Positions 39,594 to 51,910 are shown, numbered from the stretch's first letter. The stretch: 64,000 nucleotides of DNA from Octopus sinensis (GCF_006345805.1 NC_042998.1:190030001-190094000); one strand, 5' to 3'. Notes: generated by a model from the letters alone, not told the origin. Translations and numbers: made by a program.

Positions 39594-41479
39594 CTTGCAT
39601 ATTTTTTATATACTGATTTCTTCTTTTTTTTAAATAAATAGTAAAATAAACAGAGAAAAGCAATTCCACTCGTATAGTTCTATGGTAGATCGTTTATTAA
39701 TTGCTTTAGTATTTGCCAAGATCAATCTTAAGTAGAACATTTACAAACACGAAATGTTTATTTAAAGTTTTCATTTCATCAATCTTATATCTGATCCACA
39801 ATAGCAAACTTTCAGTTACCAGTATTTCTTTTTCGTTTCATACATTAATATTTATTTAAGTTCTCTACATGTAGTAGAAGAAGAAGTAGTAGTAGTAGTA
39901 ATAGTAGTATGATTATTTACTGTTATTTTAACATCATAGTAATGAACTTCACATTTAAACGATATTTTAAAATATTTTTCTTGAATTCAAATATTTGATA
40001 TTTCATTATCTTCTAAATAATAGCATTAAACTAAAATCAATTGTTCTGTGTAAATTTTAAAGTTTGAAATTCATTTCTTTATAATTCTGTTTTATTTTGT
40101 TTAAATAAATTGATAATTTGTTAAACTTACTTTATTTTCGTTACAAGCATCCGCAGTTAACTCCAAAATACATATTTGATTAAGCACTGATGTGCTTAAT
40201 CAAATATATAAACGGGGTTAAATTTCTCGCATTATGAACAAAATAGATGAGAATTGAGATAATCTAGAAGTGTGATATCTAATGAGCGGGAATGACCAGT
40301 TCTGTCGAAGTAGCCAGAGGCCAAGTGCAGCAAAGATGCATAAAGCATTGTGAGAAATAGATGGTGGAAAGTAATACATTAAAGAGTCGACGTGGAAGTG
40401 TGTCAAACCAGCCGTTGACAGTCCTGTGAATAAAAAGCATTGATAATTTGGAAGCATATGCCAAAATTGAATTGTAGAAAGGGCAAACGACATCCTTTTA
40501 AGTGTTACGGGGACGAAACATCAGAATGCTAGCGATAAAAGTTTAATGCTTTCAGAGACTCAGCCATCACCTTGTCAATATACGTCAAAGCAGTTAGAAA
40601 CGTGACTTTGAAGAAAGACATGTGGGCGGGGTCATTTAGCACTTAGCACATAATAAAACGTTTAAACTTTCCAACTGTACGAAGCTGCTTGCATCTATTA
40701 TGTCCCCAACGTAAGTTTCTTCTAGAAAGAAATGTATTTAAATACAAGAAATGCATTTTAATATTTAAGTTAAAATAAACAAAAATAAAGATCGATAAGT
40801 ATTTTATGCTACATAAACTTCCAAATATAACATTATTTAAGGCTGGAATATAAACAATGTAAGTTCTAATAGAAAACACAAAACGAATGTAATTAGCTGA
40901 TATTATGTTACTGTGAATGATAATATGATATAAAATGATCATAAAAACGGGTTCGTACGTCTATGAGATTCACAGATTGGCAATATTGTAATATAAGTAG
41001 ATGTTTTTCTTACTTATGTTTGTCTCTGTTACAACAGCCATGATAGCAGATATGGAGTGTTTGGGAGATAAAAACAGACAGTTATGTGGTTGTAGAAATA
41101 CCATGATTATTCAGATAGAAATACAGCTAGAGCTAAATTCCGGCTTTAAATTTTTGTTTTTGAGACTCCTTTCACTGGCTGAGATGGCTCCTATGTCTAC
41201 ATTGCAGGTTGAGTGCACGACATCTTATTTAGTAATAGTATTTCAAATTTGTGTGAAGTACATTTCCATCCTGTCAGAAATACATTATCGAGAGATTGTA
41301 TACTATCATCACTGCTGGATATTTGGATTTACTTGTGTCGTATTCCTGACAATGGTGGATATTAATTTCATAGCCAAACCTTTTACATTTGTAGTTGTTG
41401 CTTTTGTCCAGCCTTAGCTCATGATGAAAAGCATTTTTGTTGTGACAATTGGATCGTGTAAAATTGTTTCTACTGTAGG

Positions 41480-41670
41480 CACAAAGTTTGGGATTTCGGA
41501 AGAGGATTTAAATCGATTAGATCGACCCCAGTGCTTGATTGGTGCTTATTTTATCGATCTCGAAAGGCGAAGTCGATCTCAGCGACATATGAACACAGAA
41601 CGTAAAACCAGGAGAAATGCAGCTGAGTATTTTGTCCGCGTGCCAACAATTCTGCCAGCTCACCGCCTTT
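41480..41670 (-). mobile_element. Degenerate SINE-B
   Basis: aggcacaaag...atcgaccccagtg...gtcgatctcagcg...ctgccagctcaccgcct. Confidence 0.75.
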
Positions 41671-42414
41671 TCTAGGATCGAGAAAAATAATAGTAGATTA
41701 TGTCATACATATACAATATTGAGACGCTCTATTTTCTGCATGCTGTATATGTCTAAGTTTTAGGGATTTAATTATATAGTTCTCTGTATTTCTTTTTATC
41801 TTTCTCTTAGTACCATATATTATGGGAATCGTATCTTTTCAGATGTTATCAATTTATCATCACTTCATCCTGCTCACCATCATACTCATCCCCGTTATTA
41901 TTTTTTTTCCTTCTTTCTTCAAATTTTCTTCCGTTTCTCGCCGAGTGTTTTCCGTACACCTAGGGCAGAGAAGTTAACTTTGCTTTCATCCTTCTTCAAT
42001 ATAATAAGCACAAGCTGAGTACTGGGGTCGATGCAATCAATCGACCAGTCACTCCCTGGAATATTTCAGGCCTTCTATCTATAGTAGAAAGAAGTATTGT
42101 TGTTATTAAAATGATTATCATGTTTAAAGTCGGTGAACTGGCAGAATCGTTCATGTCGGGAAAATGCCTTGTCGTATTTGCTCTTTATGTTCTAAGTTCA
42201 AATCTTTTACTTTCATCCTTCCGGGTCAATAAAATAAAGAATTTGCCTAATACTGGGGTCGCTTAAATAGGCTAAAATCTACCCTCTGGATCAGAAGAAT
42301 CTATAGAACGTCGGACAAAACGCCTCGCCGTGTTTACTCCGGCTCTTAACGTTCTAAGACCAAATCCCACCAAGTCAACTTTAGCTGTCATCTTTCTGGA
42401 GTAGATAAAATAAT

Positions 42415-42840
42415 CTTTTCTATTCTAGGCACAAGGCTCGAAATTTTGGAGGAGGGCCCAGTCGATTAGATCAACCCCAGTACGCAACTGGTACTTAACT
42501 TATCGACCACTAAAGGATGAAAGGCAGAGTCGACCTCGGCGGAATTTGAATTCAGAACGTAAAGACAGACGAAATACCGCTAAGCATTTCGCCCGGTGTG
42601 CTAACGTTTCTTTTTTTATTGCCCACAAGGGACTAAACACAGAGGGGGCAAACAAGGACAGACAAACGGATTAAGTCGATTATATCGATCCCAGTGTGTA
42701 ACTGGTACTTATTTAATCGACCCCAAGAGGATGAAAGGCAAAGTCGATCTCGGCGGAATTTGAACACAGGACGTAACGGCAGACGAAATACCGCTAAGCA
42801 TTTCACCCGGCGTGCTAACGTTTCTGCCAGCTTGCCGCCT
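42415..42840 (-). mobile_element. SINE-B heterodimer with an 18-bp TSD, inserted into an older SINE
   Basis: TSD tggagtagataaaataat at 42397-42414 and 42841-42858. The tRNA head has A-box-like TGGCAGAAACG and a B-box-like motif. Confidence 0.88.
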
Positions 42841-43084
42841 TGGAGTAGATAAAATAATGAACCAGTCAAGTAGAAATCATTATTGCCGTCGCCTAAAACT
42901 TTTGGCCTAGTGCCTTTGTTAAAAGAAGATTATTATTATTATTATTGATATTATATTTTAATATTGTTTTATATTATTCATTGTGAATTTGTGGGGAGAT
43001 TCATTCAATCTCTTTTTAAAAGAAACAGCGAGAGAAAGAGAAGGCGACAGAGAAAGACAGGCAGACAAACAGACAGTGTGAGTC

Positions 43085-43131
<47 letters not shown>

Positions 43132-43711
43132 TGTGTGTGTGTGTGTGCGTGTGTGTGTGAGTCTGTGTGAGTGCGAGCTCTCGCGTTTTGAGCGCTGAAA
43201 AATTTAGACCAAATATTTTGTAACGTCAAACGACAGCTGCTGAAGTTTTGTTTTTTTAATTTTTAAGGTGAGGTGCCAAAGTATGGAAAGACGGACAGTC
43301 TTCAGTTTTCACCTTTAAAAGATTCTTCCCTTTTCTTCTTTTCTTTATTTTTTGTTTTCTTCGTTCGTCCTTCGCTGACAATAAATAAATAAATAAATAC
43401 ATAAATATATCAACATGACAGATTCTGTTAGCAAAACAGAGATGAAGGGTGACATGGAGGCGTCATAGCAACTAACAACTAAGATAAGAAAGACATCAAA
43501 CTATGTTGTAGCAACAGCAGTAGTAGCAGCAGTAGCAGAAGCAGCTTCGATACGAACAGCAATAACCAAAGCATCTACAGAAATGGAAATACCATAGCTT
43601 CTGCAACTAAAGCAGTAATAACAGAAACAGTAGCTCAACTAGATAAGACCACGTGCAAGCAATTGCTGCTTCGCCTTTTGTGTTGAAGACGAAATGCAAA
43701 TAGTCAAATGT

Positions 43712-44655
43712 TCTGTGGTAAGAAGCTTGCTTCCCAACCACGTGGCTCCGGGTCTAGTACCATTGCGTGGCACCTTGGGCAAGTGTCTTCTATTATATAT
43801 TTCTTTATTGCCCACAAGGGGCTAAACATAGAGGGGGCAAACAGGGACAGACAAACGGATTAAGTCGATTATATCGACTACAGTGCGAAACTGGTACTTT
43901 ATTTATCGACCCCCAAAGTCGTCCTCGGCGGAATTTGAACTCAGAATGTAACGACAGACGAAATACCTATTTCTTTACTACCCACAAGGGACTAAACACA
44001 GTGGAGACAAACAAAGACAGACAAACGGATTAAGTTGATTATATCGACCCCAGTGGGAAACTGGCACTTTATTTATCGACCCCGAAAGGATGAAAGGCAT
44101 AGTCGACCTCGGCGGAATTTGAACTCAGAACGTAACGACAGACGAAATGCCTATTTCTTTACTACCCACAAGGGGCTAAACACAGAGAGGACAAACAGGG
44201 ACAGACAAACGGATTAAGTCGATTACACCGACCCCAGTGCGTAAATGGTACTTAATTTATCGACCCCGAAAGGATGAAAGGCAAAGTCGACCTCGGCGGA
44301 ATTTGAACTCACAACGTAACAACAGACGAAATACAGCTACGCATTTCGCCCGGCGTGCTAACGTTTCTGCCAGCTCACCGCCTTATGTATCTTCTATTAT
44401 AGCCTCAGGCTGACCAAAGCCTTGTCAGTGGATTTGATAAACGGAAATTGAAAGAATGTAGCCGTGTGTGTATGTGGAGAAGAGGGTCATTCACACCACC
44501 GCCTGACAACCGGTATTGTTATGTTCACATCCCCGTAACTTAGCAGTTCGGCAAAAGAGACCGATAGAATAAGTACCAGACTTAAAGAATGATAAGTACT
44601 GGGGTCGATTCAGTATGGTCGTAGTCTAATAACTGAAACCGGTAAAAGGTAAAAG
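43712..44655 (+). mobile_element. SINE-A interrupted by a SINE-B trimer
   Basis: Head at 43712-43797; the body resumes at 44390 (tcttctattatagcctcagg). Confidence 0.8.
43798..44389 (-). mobile_element. SINE-B trimer with a 12-bp TSD-like duplication
   Basis: Units start at 43798, 43968 and 44152; tcttctattata occurs at 43786-43797 and 44390-44401. Confidence 0.88.
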
Positions 44656-45147
44656 ATATTCGAGATGGTAGCTGATCTGAGTGCTGAAAGGAGGTTGCCT
44701 TTGTGCAGGGACACTAAATTATACGGAAAGCGTGAGAGCATTGACGAATGAGTTGTGGAGAATCTTTAGACCGAACATATGATCCTGAAAAACAAAACTC
44801 AGACAAATCTGGAAGTAATGGTGCAATGTTGGAGGAAAAGGCATTTTGTACGTGGTGGCAAAACATTGATATTTCAGTTCTGAATTAAATGAACCTATGC
44901 CACTTACACTGAAGATCTATACAACTTAAATCTCTTCATGTCTTATAAAAATTACTTATGGCGGACTGCAATCCGTTTTTATTTATTATTTATTTATTTA
45001 TTTATTCATTTCTTTTTTTTTATTGGTTTAGTATCAGCTGGGCCTTAGCTGCGTTTAGCGGACTCCACACTTTTGCAAAAATTTGGCATTTGTGTCTAAT
45101 ACCGTGTCTGAATTCCACTTTTCTCTTTTCAGCCACTAGGATGAGGA

Positions 45148-45184
<37 letters not shown>

Positions 45185-45620
45185 GTGGTGATGGTAGTGG
45201 TGATGATGATGATGATGATGATGATGGGAGGGGGAGGAGGTAAAGAAGAAGAGCAAGAACAAGAAGAAGAAAAGAAGAAGAAGAGGAGCAAGAACAAGAA
45301 CAAGAGGAAGAGGAGGAGAAGAAGAAGAAGAAGAAGAAGAAGAAAGAAGAAGAAGAGAGCAAAAGAGGAAGAAGAAGAAGAAGAAGAGCAAAAAGAGGAA
45401 GAAGAAGAAGAAGAAGAAGAAGAAGCAGAAGAAGAGGAGGAGGTAAAGGAGAATAGCAAGAACAAGAACAAGAGGAAGAGGGGGAAGAGAAGAAGAAGCA
45501 GAAGAAGAAGGAGGAGGAGGAGGAGAAGAAGTAGAAGAAGTAGAAGAAGAAGAAGAAGAAGAAGAAGAAGAAGAAGAAGAAGAAGAAGAAGAACAACAAC
45601 AACAACAACAACAACAACAA
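45148..45620. repeat. (GAT)n/(GAA)n/(GAG)n/(CAA)n compound repeat
   Basis: Directly visible. Confidence 0.95.
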
Positions 45621-46192
45621 ACGTAGCAGCAATAATGATGCGAAGCAACACACAGATGGGGTGTAACGGGTCTCTTCTGCTGTCTTTCCGTGTTACGAGC
45701 AGCAATTCACGAAGACAACAAAGTTCGTTGTAGACAGAGGTTGATGGAGGCCTCGACCAAAACCACTGATCTGGCTGGCATCAATTGAAAGAAGGGGATT
45801 TATCGACCTAATAGTTGATGACCTTTCTCTAAATGCGGTCTTGTATGTCATCCTCGTGGGGTTTTTTCTTTCTTTTCTTTTTGTTTTTGTTCTTCTTTCT
45901 CCATTCGCCATTACCTTCTCTCTGTTTACTAAAGTCCTTTTGACTGATGTTTTTAGCTATTTTTAAATCTTTCAAGTTCATGATTTCTTTTGTAACTTCG
46001 TCTCATTTGTTAATCTCATTAGCCTCTCCTTGCTGATCAACTGCTTTAAAGCTTTGTCTTATTTTTCTCTGGCTTTGTTTTATCTTCCAATTTGTTGTAG
46101 TTGCTGATGTTGTTGTTATTTGTGGTTGTCCTCCTCATCCGTCTCCTTGATGTCAAATGAAATCATCATCACCATCACCATCGTCTTTGTAG

Positions 46193-46241
<49 letters not shown>

Positions 46242-47298
46242 TCATCATTATTATTATTATTATTATTATTACTATTATTATGGACTATCGTTGCTTTATT
46301 CAGTGCTTGTTCCCTATTCATGTTCTTTGCATCTGTTATCCCAACTACTGTCTTTTCCATCTGGTAATAAATACCTAACATGTAATCCACTTTTTGATAA
46401 ATGCTGTTGTAACGTCCCCTCTTGCCACTCCCAGACATTGTTAGGGTTTTCTTTTCCATTTTGTTTGTTTGTTTTGTTTTGTTTGTTTTTTTGTCCGCAT
46501 CTTTCTTTGTTTTTGAATATTTGTTTGTTTTATTGTAGATTTTTCTTTGTCAGTAAAAGAGGATTTATTCATAATACAAGTAGAAGGAGAAGGAGGGGAG
46601 GAGAAGAAGAAGGCTGACGACGACGACGACGACAAGGAGAGGATAAGAAGAATAAGAGGAAGAAGAAAGGGACGAAGAAGAAGAAGCAAGTACAATTTCT
46701 ACTACTGCCTCCCCGATAATAACAATAATAACGATGATTTTTATTTGCCACAAGGGCATCCTGCGAAAGGTACATTAGAAGGATAGTTTACAATCTATAG
46801 CAGAGTTACATAAAAAGATGAAAGGCAGAAAGGGAGAGGAGGGATAAGATAAGAAAAATGTTTACAAAGTATTTAAGATATATGAAGATGTATGATGAAG
46901 TCCTACTGATACAGGGAGCCTCCAGATAGGGGAAAGGCTAGAAGTTTGGTGCGAGGGGTATAGACGATAATATAGTTGATGATAAAATAATGCACCCGTC
47001 GTTGACTAGTGCCGTATTTTATCAATGAAATGCATAGCCGACATCAGTAGAATTTGAACTCGGAGTGTAAAGAACCGCAGCTAAGGCTTGTTGCTTTATG
47101 CTTTAAAGATTCTACCAGTCGATGACAAATATTAGGATTAAAGACATTTTGATGGGAGTTGAGCAAAGCCACTTGAGTGGTACTTTAATTTATCGAACCA
47201 TATCAAAGGGGTGAAAGGACTCCCTGAATTGTTTCAGGGTTGTCTCACTTCCTGTACACCGTGCTGATCATACGCAACAAGCTTGAAATGCAATCACC

Positions 47299-47317
47299 GT
47301 CCCACCAGAGGGCGCCA
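47299..47317 (+). promoter_or_regulatory. Candidate CTCF binding site
   Basis: GTCCCACCAGAGGGCGCCA matches the CCASYAGRKGGCRS consensus exactly and lies in non-repetitive DNA. Confidence 0.55.
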
Positions 47318-47664
47318 CGAAATGACTGTTGATGTTTTAACACTTCTTGCATAAAGCGAAAATTTTCCTCAATCACAAACCGCAGTGGAAACGGTCCTTC
47401 TACAAATCAAATATGTTCCAGACACATTCATAGAGAAGGTAATATTGTTTACTTATGGTTTGAATAACTTCAGCTGATCGAAGATATTCAGCTCAGTGTA
47501 TTACATATGTGAGACTCTAGCATGTTTGTATTATAATGTGCAAAACACTCCCCCAAAATATTTATCCCTCAGTCACATTAGTAATATTCATAATCAACAC
47601 TATTACCTTCCCTCTGTTTCTCTCTTTCTCTCTTTGCACACACACACAACATCATATATATTAT

Positions 47665-47714
<50 letters not shown>

Positions 47715-47959
47715 CTTTATATGTATGTATGTATGAGTGTGTGTTATATTGTCGAACAATATATATATATATAAGATAATAAATTATATATATATAAAAT
47801 ATTAAATATATATCTATTGAACCGTTTCATGAATCTTTCGTTTATTTGCACGTATACGGCGCATGTTATTTTTATGGTGATATGTTAGCCAGCATGCAGT
47901 GCGAGTCGTACACGTACGTGTTTATCCTGATATTATATATATATATAACATAAAAAATA

Positions 47960-48490
47960 CACACCAGGACATCACCAACGAGTAAAAAATATGTAAACAC
48001 ATGAGAGGAAAGTACAGTACAAAATACCAAAAGAAAACACCTCATCGGTTGTCAGACTGTTTATTACTCCTATGTCGTTCTTCTAACGACAATGTAGGAA
48101 AACTTCATAAGACAGCAGCATCCAGAAATTTTTAAAAATATAAAATTCATGGAGAGTTAGCACTTAGGACGAACAAATAATGACAGAGTGGACGTACAGA
48201 GTAAACAATCGACGAAGACAAAACATTAAAGGCTGTTAGGCCAAGACGAATTATAATGGGTAACGCCTGGGTGAAATTTTTTACGGAAATAGGATTATTA
48301 GAAAAGAAAATAGTAGATTTGTTTTGTATTTAGGAATGGTCATGTTGCCAGTTTAGCCAATAAAAAAACACGCACTATATATTTGGTATTAATTTGCTTC
48401 AGCTTTATTTATTTTTTCATTTAATCTTAATCTTATTTCGGCCAGAATTCTTTTGTCACACTTCTGTGACCTCATCAGTGGTCCTTTGCT
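47960..48490 (-). mobile_element. PLE-terminal-repeat-like fragment with an HHR-like core at 48436-48478
   Basis: Minus strand: CCA CTGATGA GGTC(ACAGAAGTGTGACAAAAGAATTCT)GGCC GAAA TAAG. Stems I and III are not clean; the element abuts (TA)n. Confidence 0.4.
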
Positions 48491-49590
48491 TTCTTCTTCC
48501 TTATTTGTGTGTCTCTCCTTACTAACGATAAGCTATTTTGTATTTTGTATTCTTATTGTAAAATAGTAAAATAGTAGATTAATTTTATTGAAATTACTTC
48601 TCTTACTCCTCATTTATATATTTTAAACACATTTAAAGGGAGTTTTTGCTTATGAATAGTTTTATAAATCACCGTTAACTGTAGTTTTTCAGTTCACTAT
48701 ATTACTTGTGTCAGACCTACTGTGCATAGTTATATTTTGTATGAAGAATACTCCTCAGAAGTATTTTCCAGCAGCCATGTTAGTTATTGATTAAACTTTC
48801 CACAGCCCCAAAATATGTGGTTTCCTGTCTTAGAAAACGTCACAATTCGTATTGCAGTTACTGTTGTTATTTCTTGATATATTCAAATTTGTTTACTGCT
48901 TCTAAGCAGCCAATAGCAACATAGCCAAATGTTTCCTTGCGTTCTGTAAATAAGTCAATCAGTACAAACGTTTTGCTATGATGGTTTTCATGTGGTGGTT
49001 GTGGGGTATTGGTGGCGTTCGTTCGCTCTCATATCAACCTTGATTGAAATTATTAAAGGCCTTCCAGCTATAACCATTTCATCTTATTTTGGGGGATATT
49101 ACACCCGGGACATTATTCAATATTTCCTTCCACATACACGTAGATGCATGTAGGCACACACAAACACACACGCACACACACACACATTCTTCCATGACAG
49201 ACAGCAGAATTGTGCACAGTTTTACTTAAACGTTCAGTTATCTAACCCTAACCCTAACCCAGCGCAAAACCGATAGGTAAGATCGGTTGTAATGGCTCTA
49301 TAATACTGTATACTTTGATTAATATACCAACTCCATTGACAATATATGAATGCATTTTATTCTGACTGGTAAATTCTTACATGATTACTCACAAACGCAC
49401 ACACACATACACACACACACACATAAACAGACACATACACACACACACACACACGAACACACAAACATACATACATACACATACATACACACAACTTACA
49501 CACATGCCAGTATGCACATAGGTGCAAAATAAGGGGGGGGGAACACCACTCGTATATATATATATATTATATATATATATATATATATAT

Positions 49591-49803
49591 TAAAATTACT
49601 AAGTCTCTCTAAAAGAGATTACGGCAGCGTTACTGGAAATTAATTGTTATCGCCATATTAATATGGCAGTCTTATAGATATAAGACTAAAGCTGTCGCTG
49701 ATTAGCTCCATGAGGGCATCGCCTTAAGCTAGCTATTTGACACACAAACTGTGTCCATTATAACCTTATATCTATAAGACTGCCATATTAATATGGCGAT
49801 AAC
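49591..49803 (-). mobile_element. Diverged, truncated relative of the 362-bp family with a 35-bp 5' inversion
   Basis: Aligns to 21580-21720 and the ctaagtctctctaa segment. The inverted repeat is at 49646-49680 / 49769-49803. The HHR part is absent. Confidence 0.8.
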
Positions 49804-49824
49804 AAACATACACACATACATATA

Positions 49825-49987
49825 TATACGACGAGCTTCTTTCAGCTGCCGTCTACAAAATCCCGTCACAAGGCTTTGGTCGGCCCGAGGCTATAGTAGA
49901 AGACACTTGCCCAAGGTGCCATGCAGTGAGACTTGAACCCGGAACCATGTGGTTGGTAAGCAAGCTACTTACCACACAGTCACTCTC
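49825..49987 (-). mobile_element. 5' half of SINE-A
   Basis: Reverse complement of the head and core. Confidence 0.88.
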
Positions 49988-51304
49988 TCGCCCTCTTTAT
50001 CTCTATCGCTGTTCGGAACAAAAATACCAGTAATATATTGGTATAAAATAGATAAAATCGTATACACTGTCTTCCGACATATATCAAAGAAAGTTCCAAT
50101 AGAGCATCAATAACATTTGCTGATGTATTTGTCTTCCTTCTTAAGTTATGTAAGTCAAGACAGAGATGACTATCACACACACAAAGAAAGAAAGCGAGAA
50201 AGAAGGAGTGAGAGAGAGAGGGGGTAGGGAGAGTAATTTGCAGCAGCAACTTATTCAGCTTCTAAGTTGCGACTAAGAATTCAACTCCTTGTACAAAATT
50301 TTTTTTTTATTATCTTTACTTTTTACTTCTTTTATACGTCATTTTATTTTTTAATAATATAAATATTTTAGAAGGTGCTGCATGAAGAATGCAGTTAAAT
50401 ATCTCTCCATATTAGTTTTGATTGTGTGTGTGTGTGCTTTTATTTTCTTTATTTATTCTCTGTATATCTGATATTTTATTCATAAATTGCGTGTTTAGAA
50501 ATATTTTATATGAATAACAGCTGTAATTTTAACCTTATAATCATGCATTATATTTATTTATTCATTTCACTTTTAAGGTTACGATCAAATGTTAACCAAA
50601 TTTATTATATTAATTTTCAACATTAATTTTTTTTTTTTGTTATATGCATATTTGTTGCCGATGCCATTCCAGTCACCGGACATTCTACATTCTGCTGTCA
50701 GTCGGGGGTAAACACATTATGCGCTCTTACTGAAATTCATTTTAGTCTTCTATTTTAGCTGTCTGAAAGATCCATATAACTGCGGGAATTTGATTGGCAC
50801 TTTGCCAACTGATACAAGATTAGAGTAACTGAACTGAGTCAGTGAATAAAATTCGAAATATTGTCTACAAAACATCACACTTACTTTCCTTCTTGACCTT
50901 CTGCCACTGGAATTGATGCGTTCTTGTGTTACATTTCATGCCTTAGAAGCCTTAAAATTGTGTCGGTCGCTGGCGATTATAAAGTCTTGACATTGCAACC
51001 TTACATCCGTCATATCCACATGTCTAAGCGTATGCTGAGAGCCAAACTCTGCTGAAAGCTTAAGTCTTACAGTGAATACTGAAGCTATATACACAAATTT
51101 ATTCTTCATACTTTCAGAAAGACTTCTGTATTCTTGTTGTTGCTATGCTGTTCCACGATTTGGGGTTAGAGTAACATGTTAGACTCTCTGAATATCTTAT
51201 ACAACGAAAGTAGATCCGTCACTGTGACGTTATATATTGATAGCGTTACATTAATCAAACAAGTAATTAAACACATCATTATTATTATTTTTATTAGTTT
51301 TGTC

Positions 51305-51746
51305 GGATCTTTTCGGTTTGAACGGCAGTTTTTAACATAATTTCTAGGTAGCTAAAAAATTTTAAACTTCGTATACTGGTAGAATGTGTTTATAAAACAT
51401 CTTTTTCTCTTGGCTTTCTTGAGAAAATTCTATAGTTTGTAAGATATTTGTTTTTTTTCTTCAATTTCTGCAATTTCAACCAATCAGTGACGTACATTGA
51501 GGTAAAAAACATTCTGTGCCGTATGAATATGTCCCTCGTTTAAGAAACAGATTGGGTTTATTTACATTTGTGAAGAAAAAACGATACCCTTCCCCCCACC
51601 CCTAACTCTAACCTTAACCCTAACCCTAACTAACCCTAACCCTAAAACAGATTGAAATGCAATAGATCGATACTAGGGTCATAATTATGGGTGACAATTT
51701 CATATGACACAGCTAGAAAAAACTGCCGTTCAAACCGAAAAGATCC
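51305..51746. mobile_element. MITE with 29-bp perfect TIRs and an 8-bp TSD, containing (TAACCC)n
   Basis: TIR GGATCTTTTCGGTTTGAACGGCAGTTTTT at both ends. TSD GTTTTGTC at 51297-51304 and 51747-51754. Confidence 0.92.
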
Positions 51747-51851
51747 GTTTTGTCTATTAACTATACCTATAAGAATTTTGCATGATTTATAATTGATGTA
51801 TGCATATACATATATGTGTGTCTATATGTATAAGTAATATACATACATATC

Positions 51852-51910
<59 letters not shown>

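Noticed and set aside
40172-40207. microRNA precursor
   Set aside because: The hairpin is ~36 nt with a 4-nt loop, too short for a pre-miRNA; it is kept only as a palindrome.
45690-46110. K/E-rich minus-strand frame with one stop
   Set aside because: It could be a decayed retroelement ORF, but I recognise no motif and composition can explain it.
49240-51650. Telomere or chromosome-fusion signature from TAACCC repeats
   Set aside because: The tracts are only a few units long and the larger one lies inside a TIR-bounded MITE.
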